Positions 1-14,452 are shown, counted from the first letter of the stretch. The stretch is DNA of 64,000 bases from Saccostrea echinata (GCF_033153115.1 NW_026889750.1:36270001-36334000), one strand, 5' to 3'. Numbers and translations are program-made. The notes: a model not told the origin generated them from the sequence alone.

Positions 1-150
1 GTCATGGGCAAATGGACCAGGCTTGGGAGGGGTAAGGTCATTGGCAAAGGGGTTAGGACTGGGAGGGACAAGGAATGGGTTAGGACTAGAAGGGGCAAGG
101 TCATGGTCAATACTAGGACTAGCATGAACAGACGGACTGGGTAATTCCTT
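1..150 (+). repeat. Degenerate G-rich tandem repeat (about 30-35 bp units), truncated by the window start
   Basis: Repeated GCAAGGTCATGG..GGGTTAGGACT(G/A)G units, ending in cagacggactgggtaattcc, which resembles the end of a satellite-bearing non-autonomous element. Confidence 0.45.
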
Positions 151-3100
151 TTTTAAGGATTCAGCATATTTCAAAACCCAGTTTTTAAATTCTTCAGGAG
201 TACTATATTCAGGCTTGATGTCTAATGCCTGAAATGTAGACGACAAATCAGACATTTCTGTCTCTGTAAGCTCTGCCATAATGGTAATAAATAATAAATA
301 CCAAATCATGCAGATATTTGACTAATCAATGCAAAAATTGCAATTGTATAACATGCAAGTAAAAAATGACAACTCAAAGAAACCGACGCGCATCTAACTG
401 ACAGATGAAACAAATAAACCGACGCGTTGATTGACTGTCAATAAACTCTTGTTTGATTTAAATTGTTTTAAACAATTTACATTTTGCAATAAACACACAA
501 AATGTTACACGATTTTAAACCATGTTTATATTTTTTTTTTTTTTAATGGAAAGTATCAGAAGCTAATGATGTTAGTAGCTTAACACTAAACTAAGTGGAC
601 ACCATGACAGACAAACTTCTGATCAGATTCTGTATTTCTAATGTTTGAGATTAATGTGAGAACAAATGTGGTTTTGTATTCACTATATAAACTCAAATTC
701 ACTGTATACCTAAACTCTCAACTGCACTAATGTATGACAATCACACCTACCCGAATTTCCTCTATACACTATCCAACACAACCTGCTAACTGTAACTGTG
801 TCAGTCCGTTTTCTCTTGTCTGAGTCAAAATATTTTAAATATTTGTTCTAAATAATTGTTATAATAATGAATGAATAATAATATGGAAAAAAATAAACAA
901 TGTGAAACGGCCGAAAAATCCGTCTTTGTTTTTAACAACACGTGTTTTCAAACTCTGAACTCTTTAACTGGCCAGGCAATATTGTATCAAAAGTAAATAT
1001 TCTCTGCACTTAATATAGTATCTTGTTGAATAAATAAGTAAACAACCACTAAATATAATGTTAATCAAATAAATTTACTTTAATCCAGCGTTGTTATGGT
1101 CTGTGGCCTCCACGTGAATGTCAATAGAGAAAATTCGAATGAATTACTCACAGTCACTGATCAGTGTCACAAAAGCGCTTGGTTGATCGGATATTTCCGG
1201 AATTAGGCCTACCAGTCTAGTTGCTCATCTATGGAATGGATTTTACGTTGGGCGCCATTTTGTAGCGGGTATTCCCGGCAATGATGGAAAACACACTTGT
1301 AACTTTTTTTAAATTTTACATTTTATTATGGTGACATGTCTAGTTGATGATAAATGGATAATGGAAAATGGACTAATGGAATATATGGAATAATGGAAAA
1401 TGGATAATGGATATGTCCTGCAATATACAAATTGCGTCATAAAAATATGTACAAACAATATATCAATTATCTAATATTCTGATCATAAAAATATAACAAA
1501 TTATCTGTCTTCCCTTTTAACAATTATTTATCATATTTATCAATTTCACTCGATATGATAAAATAGAGAAATTCTATATAAGGGAGTTAACTCTTACAAC
1601 ATAATTACTCTTAACAGTCTTGTGAAGAGTTATCTTTCTTTTATGTTTCTGTACAAATCATAAAAAATATATATACAGATAGACATACCAATTTATGGAA
1701 TTGAACTTTCTCCAAAGCAATAATTTAATTCTTTACTTATGGTGTTACCTATGTACAATAAATAAAATAATCAGGATTTGTTCTTTACAAATACCTTTCT
1801 CATAATCAATAGATATTCAAATTAGTTTGACTATCAAAATATTCACATCAAAATATTTCTAGGTATATATACAAATTAATTAATGAGAAAACTCCATCAG
1901 ATTTATCTACATCTGATTATACAGACAGATAATTCAATATGTTAACATTTAAAAGTAAAATATTCTGTTTTCCACCTATTTCACATAAGTTATGGAAAAC
2001 ATATCTTAAGGCATAAAAAAAAAGGTAAAACTTACATTTTCAGGAACTGTCTTAGGTCTTTGAATAAATAAAGTCAGCAGCTTATATAAATTATGTCTTA
2101 TCCATTTGAAATCTTGAGCTAATTCTGAATAAAACTCAGTACCCCACAAAGACTAAACTTTCAACCAATGAAATCTAACCATTTCAAAATCTGACCAATA
2201 GATATGTGTGTGGTCATGTAAAAGTATATGTACAGGTGTGGATCCAAAAGGGGTGTATATCTATGTCACTAAATACCCATGTTAGTACAGAATGAACAGA
2301 ATGAAACTTTAATAGAAAACTTATCATTTATGCATTTATAACATATTTAATAGTTTATTTAATTTATTTAATTTATATCTAATATTTATTTTATTTCATT
2401 TAAAATCATTTCAACTTTTATAATTCTTAATAAAAGTACCTCTACTACATATATATATTAAAAGCATAAAACTCTAGGAGAAAAGACGTACTAGAGTTTC
2501 AGACACACACACACAAACCCTTTCAACACATACTACGAAAAACCCCAAGCATTTCTATTTTTTTTAATATGTTTACATATGCTCTCATACCTTAAGATTA
2601 AAATCTATTAAAAGAATACATTTTGTAAACAAATTGAAAAAAGTACATGTATTCAAATAAAATATATTTACAATATATGTAGAAAGGTACTTATATAAAA
2701 TACAGATATCGCAGACCTGCAAAGTACAGTTCCGAGGAAATGCATACTTAACTCCAGCATCAAAAGGAGAGGCGTCTCGAAATTAAAACAATACTTGAAG
2801 TGCATTAAAAATCAATCGGACACTGACTTCTTTAAAATCTTCGTTTTAGGTACTTTTTGGTATGGAATGCATTTTCAAAACATAAAAACATACAAAGATA
2901 ATTTATAGAAAACCCTCTCAAATGACTGGAGTCTTTATCAAAGGAGGAGAGGAAGGGAATTTCCCAGGCACCTGTGATACAGATGCGGTAACATGTCATT
3001 GATCCATGGGGGTAATGAGCAGCGTTCGTAATTTTTTTTCGCTGCTTTTCTATAGCTGTATTGTTATCTTTTATAGAAATACCCAGGTCCTGATCAAATC

Positions 3101-4759
3101 AATAAATATAGAAGCACTTAAAACCTATCAAATTTCAACATGATGTGTCAATCATTCGTGATTCTAATTACGGTTCATTAAAACTGAATTATAAGAGGAA
3201 AATATGTCACTTTTCCGCTCTTTCGGTGGCTGCTTGTAATTCTGTAACCTTTACACTCCACAATCAATTAACCCTTCATTATCTAGCCTTATTCGTCGGA
3301 ATGTATAAAACCACTCTTCTTATTGATGAATAATGGTTTTCATTAAATTGTCAGGTGTGGACTTAAATAGAATTTCCTCGAAATCATGTGACTAATTCAT
3401 TCTACTAAAGCATATCATTTTTTTTACATTAGATCTAAATTATCAATGGCATCAGAGACAACTCTATCTCTATTTTGTTTATTTCAATAAATCGTTTTTT
3501 TTTGTAAAAGATTCTTCAACATTAAAATTTTAACGTTTATAAAAACTACCTTGTACATTATCATACTACTATTCTAGATACACCTATTTTGTAATTTTTC
3601 TGTTGAATTGATAATAAATATTTCTTAAGTAACCTTATCTATAATATTTTATAATTTTTTTTTTTCGGGGGGGGGGGGGGGGGGGTTAACTGCTTAGGAG
3701 GAAATATATATGTTTTCAAAACCCATCTTCTGAGTTTGATTCTTTTCGATCTACAACTGCACGTATTGCACATTATAATCAAAAAGGAACCTGATATTCA
3801 TTTTTCTGACGTACATTTAGGTTAAATATTAATAGGAAGTGAATGTGATTAATATTTAGAAAATCATAATTAGAAAATAAGAACAAATATGCCACAAAGT
3901 GAACAAAGCACAACCAAACTCATTGAAATAGCGGTGCCTGAGACGTGCATTCTTATTGTTAACCTGTGCACGTCATGTGTCTTACGGTGCTAACAATCGA
4001 TCATGTTTCGGTGTGGTTCATAAAAGGGACAGTTAAAGACGAGGATAATTAAAAGACACCGCAACTTATCATGGTGACGACCCAGACAGATAAACTGTTT
4101 AAAAATGATTTAGCTCATTCAGGAACATAAAATGTTGATAAGTTTTCCAGATCTATTAATCATCTTCAAGAAATATCATCTTGTAAAAAAGCAAAGTTTT
4201 TGACATATGAGAGAAAACGTGCAAAAAAAAAAATCTTTTTGGAAAAGACAATCTCGATTTGTAAAATCAAACTCCTAATTACATCCTGAAAGCATATTAA
4301 TTAAATGTCGAGATGTAAATTGTACAGCAATGTCTATTTGAACTCAACACGGATCAGCAAACTCTTGATTACTCATCAAATAATGCAGGTAGAAAATGAG
4401 AAACAGAATGGAATTTTCTTAAAGCTTTTTTCCCGCACAATAAAAATCTGCATTTATGATTTATAGTTCTGTTGATTTTTTACTCTGGAAAATAATATAT
4501 GTCAGAAAAAAAGTAGGGAAGGAATTTCCAACATTGATTCTTGTGTATATTCGATGATGATTGAACACATTTATCAAAAGTACAATACATGTTATAAATA
4601 GGTGAGAAAATTCCTAAAATCTATGATCTATATATTCAGCATTTCCCAAATTCAGTCGTAATAATGGCCTTGTTTGAAGTACAACTTATAGTTTTGTCGT
4701 ATTTTGACTGACGCATCCCATCAATTCTTAGGCAACTGCTTTTATACAATTTTGAATAC

Positions 4760-4940
4760 GGATTAATCCTTTTATCTGATTAATACAGAGGGCGGAGTAA
4801 CCGGTGTACAGGGGGCATGTATACTCCTCCTAGGTACCCGATCCCACCTCAGGTGTTAAAAGGGGGTCCAAGTTTATGCACCGGTTACGTTTCTTCAGTG
4901 CATTTATGAGATTGATCACTGTTCGTTATCTCCCCTTTTT
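4760..4940 (+). mobile_element. Short 3'-end fragment of the Penelope-like family
   Basis: ggcggagtaaccggtgtacagggg..tactcctcctaggtacccgatcccacct..gagattgatcactgttcgttatct matches the ends of the copies at 6950-7100, 46400-46530 and 62645-62800. Confidence 0.6.
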
Positions 4941-6294
4941 ACATTTTTAGGTTAGATTTTAGGTGCACATTAATTCAGATATACATGTACAAAAATATAC
5001 TAGTAAGTGGCAATATGATAATGTAGTGGCTTCCAAGTGTTAAGCCTTAAATAACTTTTAGTTGAAATTATCGGATGACAGTTGGGAACCCTTGGTTGGA
5101 ATGATGTGAAACTTTAGTCTGATTCAAGTGAAAAGACGAATAATACCCGCTATTGTGCAGGCTTTTGAAACTTTAGTATTTTTTTTCTTCTGCTTACTCA
5201 AGATTACTCAGAGTATGTGTCTTTATAATTTTCATATATATTACATGTACAACATAAATTTTCATAAATTTTCTCAATTTATTTATTATGACAATCATAT
5301 TGTATTCATTGTTTGTAGAACAAGGAGAAGATTTATTAAGTTGAAAGAACTTGTATCCAATCCTTTTGTATGTATTATTACAATAAAATATGTTCAAAAC
5401 AAACAAAACATGTGTCCAGATTTAATCAGGGTCATATCTCAAGATCAAGGCCATGTAATGATAGTCATGAGTAAAAAATAGGAAGGAATTTCCCCCCAAG
5501 AGCCATTCCATGCATTAGCAGGGGATATTGAATAAGAGAGGTAGTACCCAAACTCCCTTATCTAATTTTTTATTTATTATTATTACTTGCGTTATTTAAA
5601 AATAAATAGTCGGAAAATGAGTTATGTTATACGAGAATTGATCCTGCATAGGACATACCAATTTTTGTTTTTCGGCAGATACATATATATGTTTCTCTTC
5701 ATTCAATATACTCTTCTTCATAAATCTCTATCCAAATTTTCAATCTGAAAGTTTTTAGCTTTGTATTTTTATTTATTTTTTTTTTTTTTGACGATCCATC
5801 ATTCAAAAAATATTATAATGAATAATTCTATAAGGAAACAGAAAAAAAAACTAAGCTTACTAAAACTATATTTGTTAATAACCATTGGATGAAATGCAAT
5901 GAGGTTATTTTAAAATTATGAACTAGTGGACATGTTCGTAAAAGTATCTTAAGACATGTCTGAAGATATATTTTAGGACGCACTAAGATATATCTTAGAA
6001 TGTAAACCAAAGCAAACTTAGACTATTAAGTAACGACTTCTTATGTTGAGTTATTTATTTCCTTTTCCAAAAATAAGTTAAAAAATATATTCGAAAATGA
6101 AATTCTTATATCTTTTAACATAATCTTTTTAAAATGCACACTTAAATACACAATTACATGTCCAAATACGTGTACTGTGTTGATATTTCATTTAATTACT
6201 AGTATTTGATTCGCCAGTGATATGGCTTTTGATTCTATTCGCATGCATCGATAGAAACAGCACCGTTCCAATATTCTCTTAGGCAGATAAGCTT

Positions 6295-7100
6295 CAATAT
6301 CTATGTAGATTTTGGAGATCAAGTCTTCCAACAATGGGTTCCAAAATGCGCCCCTTTATAAGCAGATCCATTTTTATATTCATATGAAGCAGAATTTATT
6401 TTAAAAAAAACTTCTACATGAGAAGAAGAAAACACTTGCTGTCGCCTTCAACTCGATCGACATTAAGATATATCGACGACGTATTTATTTACCAATTAAC
6501 AATAGTTACTTCCATTCACATGTCGACTCGATATATTCCAGTGAACTTGAAATAAAAAAGAACACAGAATCTGTTTCATATTTGGATAGTTTAATTACTA
6601 GAAAAAGATTTTAATGGTAACCTTCCCTTATTTATGTAGCAATATACCATTATCACCAGCATATGGATTTTGTGTCTCCCAGTTGATTCGATACGCAAGA
6701 GCATGCTCTACGTACGGACATTTTTTAAAACGAGACAAGCTATTAACCAACAAGTTGATGAAACAAGGATATCAACAGTCTCGTTTGAAGTCAACATTTT
6801 CGCAAGTACTATGGTCGATACAATGACCTTGTCAGCAAATACAATCTATCATTAAGTTGAATGCTGACTGACGTTTTATTGTTAGACCATTATTTACACT
6901 CTGAATTGTCTACGGATTTTTCCGTTTGCTCGATCATGACAATGAGCACATGGTGGGAGAGACTGGTCGACAGGGGATGCTTACTCGTCCATGACACTGG
7001 CCCCACCTCTATAATGCTTTTAGAGGCCTTTGTTTGCTCTGCTCCCGACTTGTATTGTTTCAATGGACTTTTGAGCTTGATTACTGTTCGTTATCTCCAT
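6295..7100 (+). mobile_element. Decayed Penelope-like retroelement (RT C-terminal part plus 3' end)
   Basis: Frameshifted translation gives CAP..ADxFLYSYEAEF, RYIDD and FPYLCSNIPLSPAYG..VSQLIRYARACS..KLMKQGYQQSRLKS (ORF 6614-6826), typical of Penelope-type reverse transcriptase. Confidence 0.8.
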
Positions 7101-7670
7101 ACTTCCTTCAAACACTTCTAAAAGAAGTCGAAAGATGCAAAAGTGTATTTTTTTTCCAAACTCCTGCAATGTCTTAAAATCCTTGCATTATGTACGTATC
7201 AATTCGAAAAATTACCTAAAACAAACAAAAATTTCTATCCCATTCAATAATTGTAAAACAACTTATAATAACTTAAATGTAGAGCGAATAGGTCATCAAA
7301 TATAATTTATGAAAAAAGATAAAGACCCCGGGGTTTTAAGGTGGGTGTCCTCAGGCACTTGTGTTACTTGCAGATGATATCAATGTAATCTAACTATTCT
7401 TTGGGTTTATGTATATCCCAAATTACACGTTTGCGATATAGATATCGGTCTTCATCCAAGGCTCTGAAGTTAGGATAAGTGAGGTTATGGCATTTTTAAA
7501 AGATATATCGTAAGTTAGGACGACTTTGGGAGACAATCTCAGGACTAAGATGTTCGTAAGATACGTCTGAGACATACCAGTTTTAAAACATGAACATGCC
7601 TACAAAGTTAGAGATACACATGTTTTGCTGTTAAAAAAATTGAAGTTGCTCCCCCTGACTTCATTTAAGA

Positions 7671-7820
7671 AATAAATAACAAGTTTAAAAACTTCAATGG
7701 GAATTGAAGTGGGTCGGTCACGTGATCAAATCCTGTGAAGGCCGAAGGCCTTCTCAGAAGATTTGATCACGTACCGACCCACTTCAATTCCCATTGAAGT
7801 TTTTAAACTTGTTATTTATT
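7671..7820. repeat. 150-bp near-perfect palindrome (hairpin) at the end of a putative non-autonomous element extending to about 8800
   Basis: aataaataacaagtttaaaaacttcaatgggaattgaagtgggtcggt... is the reverse complement of ...accgacccacttcaattcccattgaagtttttaaacttgttatttatt, with a GAA loop at 7744-7746. Confidence 0.9.
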
Positions 7821-10779
7821 ACTTATATATACATTTGAGATGGACAATTGAATGTAATCGAATATAAATATTGCACTAACCGCACGTCGTAGATTTCGAC
7901 AAATTACGCTAGGTGTAAATCGGCTTGAAAAGCGGTTACGCTTCAAATTCATCTGGCAAAGGATTCTGTTTTGAAGGGAATATTCTGTGAAAGGCTACTT
8001 GCGATCAATTATAGTGAGCATATTGGTGTCTGGGAATTTTTGTATTTATGAGAACCCATATTCGATGTTAAAAAACACAAGAAACACGTCCGATGTTTGA
8101 TAATAAAAAGTTGGAGGAATTTCGGTAGGAAAGGGATGGATGGAGACACTTGTCCGGACCAGATAACTTGAAATCAAGTACAAAATTTGATCAAAACCAT
8201 AAAATCTACGATTTCAGTAAGGCATATTTACAATGTATATTAATTTATGATGTTGACATGGAGACACTGGTGACAGCTTACATTGTTAAGACAACGTCAC
8301 AACGATCTCGATGATGGAGGTGTGCCTACCGAACTTCCAAAGTGCAGTGTTTGTCAGCTGTTTGTGGCGTGATTGCATTACATTGATATTTTTCAACAGA
8401 TTTTCAAATTTATTGTGAGTAAAGTTTAACGAAAAAAAATTATAGCATTCAGAGGTCTGCGAGAAAAATAAGGGTAAACGTTGAGACTATGCAGCTCAGA
8501 CATGGAACTTATAACATGTAGTTTTCTATTCTCTATGTAAAACCGATCAAAAACTGTATTAAATACTCGTTTACATTGTAAATAAAATGATTATTATAAT
8601 TTACTAGAGTATTTTGTACATTTTTATGTATGAAAAACATGCTATATTGCTTAGTGGAGTAAGTCTTTTTATGTAGATATTACTGCGCTGTGTGATTGGG
8701 TCACGTTATGACCTATGACCTTCGAAAAACTTCATACAGTTATGAAGATATTTGCTCTCTGCATGTTTATATAATAGAGAGATACCACAAATGTATATAT
8801 TAACTGAAACAGGTGGGAATAGAGTTCTTTTTATATGTTGATAAAATACAGCGATATTTGACGTATTTCATTTTACAACAAATTATGATTAAATAGAATA
8901 CTGATTAATGACGCTGTATATATTGAATATTTTCATTATATCTCTCGCCAGAAAGTTGTCCCATAACTAAATGCACTAGTATATCTGAGCTCTATACCGA
9001 TTTTGAACAGCAGCAATAAGATGTCAAACGTGGCTAAAGATGGAGACGAGATCGGAAATACTCTCTGACCCTCTTCCATTTGAATTCTTATATATTATAA
9101 TATATAGCTGGTAAGATAATGTCCTGTTGTTTTTAATCTTAAGAAAATAATAACACTTCCCTTTAGCAATTTCCCTTCTACATAACTTAACATTTAAAAT
9201 GACAGTCTGCTGTCCAAAAAGAAAGGACACAGTTCCACAATAGTCGGAAAATCTGCTTGCTTTATAACCACAGAACTGTTACCTCTCATTATTTTTATTT
9301 TGTCATGTATGACCTTTAGCATTATTAATTTTCGACACGTATCATAATACACTCAGCTGAAAAAAGGCCACTAAAATATTCACAGTCATCAAATCATTGA
9401 GGGAATTCTCGCTCTGTGTAAATCAGGGGAGAAATGTACTTTGTATGCAGAATTATAAGTAGTCTAAATGTTGGAAGGGATTGAACAAAATGTGGACTGT
9501 TATGATTTTATCCTCGAAAGAATTCCTTTTTCTTGAGAGAAAGAAAACAAATCAAACAAACAAACAAACAAACAAACAAAAAAAAAAGAAGGACGATTTG
9601 ACAAATATCAATATCAATACTGTCTCGAATGAAAAGTTTTAATTATTGTATATATACTTATTACTCGCTAAAATTACATGTAAATAAATCAAGTCGTTTT
9701 TTCTTATAAATATCTCGGTGTATCCCCGAAATTTTCTAGATAATTACCTTTGTGAACAACGTTTATGATGCCTGGAAATCCACTTTATGAGAATATATAT
9801 GTCAAGTAAATTATGTAAATGTTTAATTCTTAGTCCGGGTCTGTATCTTTTATGATGAAAGCAGAAATTTATGCAAATATTAAAAAAGCATTGAAAGAAG
9901 ATGAATACACTTCAGTAGGGTGCAAAATATTTCATTTTATTGCAATTTTATTCAGAAATTTTAAATTTGGTTGTTTTGTCTATATTTATCTAATTTTGGG
10001 CATTGACTTCTACTGGATTATAAGCTTACATGTAAATCAGATTCTCAAATCTATTATATACATCATATGGTTTCCCCATATTTATTGATTGATTGTGTGT
10101 TTGCATCCATATTGTTCACTGTTATTTTAAGAGGATAACTTGATTTATTCATAAATTATTCCAGGAATATATAAATTGTTCTGTTTGAGAGGATAAAGAA
10201 GAAGCTGTTGTCTCTAAACATTGTTGTCCTTAATCTCGTGTAGCCGGGAAATAAACATCCACAACAGAGTCTGCATGTATAAAAATGCAGAACAGAATAA
10301 CTTGTAATTTTATGTCTCTCAACTAACATATTAAGATTAAAAAGATTTTTATTATGAAAATACAGTGAGATCATTGTACACAAAAACGAAAACAAAAGTA
10401 ACAAAAATAAATAAAACATATGTATAAAGAAAGGATAAGAACTTCGGGAGGGAATTAAACTTGAATTACATTCAAAATGGCTCAAAACTCGTTGACAGAA
10501 CACTCAATACTAGTTCAAATCCACGAAGCAATTTACAATTTTGTTCAACACCCAAAATGTAGCACCAAAAGTGTGTTTTCTTGTGGCTTTCATCGATAAT
10601 TTAGCGATAGATTGAACTCCTCCCCCCCCCCCCCACCTCCCCTTGATTTGCCAAAAGAAATATTTAAAACAATTTGTTCATACTCTCAAAGTCATACAGT
10701 TCTTTAAAATCAAAAAATAACAAAAGTACCATTTCCAAATAATTTACTTGTAAGATATAAGGATTTAGCATTGTTTCAT

Positions 10780-13700
10780 TTACTCCCATGGCCACTTATT
10801 TTGATGATCACAGACAAATGTTATAGGGTTATTACTAACCCGGTACATCGGGCCTTTGCCTTCTAAGTGGACGCTAAATGCTGCCGATACGGCACTGCCG
10901 TACGAGGAACTGTACATAAGCGGATACTCTGTGGTTACCTTGAAGCTACCTGAGCACGACTCGTATGCATTTCCGTTCGTGCCCGCGACAGGACAAGCAA
11001 CCCGACAAGATCGTCCACAAGTGTCGAAGGCTGTCAAAATGACTTTTGTTGGTTTTTCTGGAGTTGGTTTTCTAATAGCAATGTAACTGACTGATGAATA
11101 TATGGGTTGTCTTTCATCAACGATAGCATAATCTTTGTATCTTCCAGCATAGTTCAAACCGTCTGACTGAACATAAACCTTTGCGGCACCTGAACCAGAG
11201 GAACTACATTTCTTTTTATATTCGACTTGATTATGGATGCCGATTTGCTCGGCAATTTGCCGGAAGTTCTCTATATCGTACATATCTTTGGTGCCGTTCT
11301 GGCCAGGAAAAGTGGCATGGAAGTTGAATCCCTTTGGACGTTCAAAAAGAACTTTGATATTTAACCATACCCATTTGTTTAAATCCACTCGTCCATCTAT
11401 AATAAATGTATTTTGATAAGCCTGGTTCAGAGTAGAGAGGGCTGTCTCACTGGACTGCAGAACGTTCAATGTTTTATTATCGACATTTTCATCAGTTAAA
11501 GGTTGTGGACCAGTTGTAGTTTCCACTGGGCTTAATGCTGTTGGAGGAAGTTTTGGGCCGTAAACTGTGCCTTGTGGTTGCTGGCCGACACTTCGCTTTT
11601 TCCTCGACATCCAGAAAAAGTTCCTTGTCCTTGGGGCATTAGATCTAGAAACGCACACTTGACTTCGGCAAATCAGATATGGACTTCCATCACAGCTAGG
11701 ACATCTAGGCATTGGTCTATAGGTGACCATTCTATCATAGGTGTCTGACAGAGCTTCTAAGTTTGAAATGGGGCGGAGGAAGGGTCTGAAATCTGCTCTT
11801 TGATAAAATTCGTGGCCATTTGGCACACCATGGCCCATTGGATAATCCCTTTGCGGATCTACTCCCCTTGTTCTCTGAAGACCTTTAAATGCTATCCATA
11901 TAAGCGTAAAAAATGAATGAATGAAGTAGAAGAGAGGATCAAACCAAGCGGTATTAAGACGAGCCATATGTCCATCTATCCAGTTGTGGACGCCATTATG
12001 ATGAACCTCCACAGAATAGACAGATAGTCCTCTGACTGGCTCCGATATTTCAACTAGTCTCCTCCTGCTTAACATTGCACGGATTCCCTGTTTTCTTGCC
12101 AAAGATTCACCAGCTAAAACGAAACGATTATACTCAGAATATTCATGACTGAAAATTTTTCTTTTGATTTTTCAAAGAAAGAAATATAGGAGGATTAGAG
12201 TTCATTAAACAATCACGTTGAGAAACAGGATAATATTTATCCTTAAGGTAAAATATTAACTAAATCATACATTTACAAGTTTACATTCTTCTATTAAAGG
12301 TAAACTCATTGAACTCCTATTAAGTACCTGATCCGATATTTCTGATGATCGGAGTGCCGATTACTGTTCTCCAGTGTCCAAATGGGCCATCTCTGACAGC
12401 ACCATTACCGCTCCCAAAGAACAGAGGAGACCAGAGAATGGAGTTAGTGGGATCGTTCATATCGGCATCCATTGTCATATCCCAGTAAGCCATCGGGGTA
12501 CGACAGGCTGTTTCCATACTGAAAAAAGTTATAACTGACTCCTTAACAATATGATATATGGGAAGAGAAAATTTGGTTCTGCTAGTCTTGATCCGATTGC
12601 ATAGTTTGTTAAGGTATGATTTCAGCCAGAGTGGTGGGGTTCTCTTTGGATTTGGAAAAAGTATACTTACATTAACATCATAAGAGCATGTCTTGGAAAG
12701 AAACCAGGGCCACCGTGCATATTTCGGGCTGCTCTTCCGGAGTGTAATGAACCAATCAAATCGTAGGTACTCATACTTGAATCAATGGACTGAAAACAGA
12801 GAAAGCATAAACAATTAATGGAGAGAGAAAGGGGATTTTTCATGCTGCTGAATTTCTCATATGTGATAGGTGATGCCCTGCACAAGTTCCGTGTCAATGA
12901 TGTCGTTTTTATGATTGATTAATAAATTGTCAAAATGGGTTCTCCAGCCAAAAAAAAAAAATGATTATAGCTATAAACATTTATCTGATGAGCGATTACG
13001 TTTATCTGTTGACACCTGTGGTAAGGTAAAGATGAAATTGAAAATGACAGCTAAATGACTTTTTAAGAAGAACATTAAGTTCCTCATTTGACAATAGTTC
13101 AGGCGTTAATGATTGCTATACGATAAGCTATAACTACGATGTATTCTGGGCACTTTATGTCAAAGTGATCTTGACAATTAAAACGTTGATTATAGAGTGA
13201 CAATTAAAAACAAATTTAAGCTTCAAAAACATGATGTTACCTGGAAATAAAGTTATTGAAATGCGACCCATGTTTCTTTTCTTGAACATATTTTAATATG
13301 GGGAATTTGTTAAGTAAAGCTGACACAAAAATTACTTGCTCAATGTAGACAAAATTTGAAAAACTTCTCATTAAATTTGCCATTAAAATTTAGATAATGA
13401 AATTAAATTGACTTTGAAAAAAAAATTTACAAACAAAGTTGTGAAGAAGCAAGTTTAAGGAAAAAAACAAGTCTTTTGGTACTATTTTCTGTAACCCATT
13501 GTTCTTAGTAATTTAATACTACAGGTTTTACCTTAATCGCTGAACAATTAGTCATCAGAATTAATAACAAATTCCACGACAGAAAAGTTAATAACTTGGA
13601 TCGGTTTTCGAAGTCAAAATTTTTATTAAAATGACATAAAAAGTTCATCTTCACCCGTTTTGAAATTAAATCTAGAATACTGCTTGGAAGAAAATGAATT

Positions 13701-14283
13701 AGTTAACACTTCTCATTGTACAGCTGTAAAACTAGGTTTAACATATTCATTTTAAAGATGATTTCAATTGTTTTATTCAGCCACGGTAGATATAATCAGT
13801 ATGTTTCTATATAATTTTGAATGTAATGAAAAGTTCCTTTTTAGAAAAACTTACATAATCATTCTTAAGTCTATTGAAACAGCCGGTGAGTCTCTGATAC
13901 TGCGCCCTTGATAGTGTTCTGACTTCCTGTCGAATTCTCCATGTTTGGAAAGTCTGTCGTTTGCTCCTCGGTTGCTCATGGTTCTTCTTAATCTCGTGAA
14001 TTTCTCCATCCAGTTGTCTGAAAAGGGACTCCAGGTACCTGACGCCTTCTTTTGTGATGTTGTGTTGTAAGACAGGCTCATCCATGTTTAAGGCTAGTTT
14101 GGTAAAACAGTAGTTTTGGATGAACTGGCCTGGTGTATCGGACATGCTGACGTTACTGGACTTGTATAAGAAACACTCTTGTAATTCCTTTGGTGTTGGG
14201 ATCGGTGTAAGTAATCCTGGAACGGTCGGCAGGGCAACGAGTGCCAAAACCATACAAAGCATGGTTGCTCTTCCTCGATTCAT
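10780..14283 (-). CDS. Secreted tyrosinase-like protein (type-3 copper, molluscan shell/periostracum/byssus type), 690 aa, 4 coding exons
   Basis: Exons (minus): 14283-13855, 12789-12671, 12518-12328, 12113-10780. All introns are GT-AG with phases 0/2/1, and the total is 2073 nt. Signal peptide MNRGRATMLCMVLALVALPTVPG, furin-like RSKR, RIRQEVRTLS motif, CuA LHSG..MHGGPGFFPRH, YWD motif, CuB EVHHNGVHNWIDGHM...DPLFYFIH, Pro/Thr linker and a Cys-containing C-terminal domain ending KWPWE*. Confidence 0.93.
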
Positions 14284-14366
14284 CTGGGATTGAGAAGAAA
14301 AAAGGGAATAAAGGGAATGTATGTTTGGCATTAGCACGAAGATTAAAATTTTACAAAAAAAATGCA

Positions 14367-14370
<4 letters not shown>

Positions 14371-14452
<82 letters not shown>
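14371..14452. repeat. (TA)n microsatellite in tyrosinase intron 1
   Basis: About 40 perfect TA units. Confidence 0.97.

Noticed and set aside
1245-1275. YY1-like AAAATGGCG motif (minus); also at 20535 and 36218
   Set aside because: No associated gene. The other copies lie in or near transposon remnants, so it is not supportable as a promoter.
5920-7580. Possible TIR pair (tcttaagacatgtc / gttcgtaagatacgtctgagacatacc) around the Penelope relic
   Set aside because: Similarity is too degenerate to define termini or a TSD.
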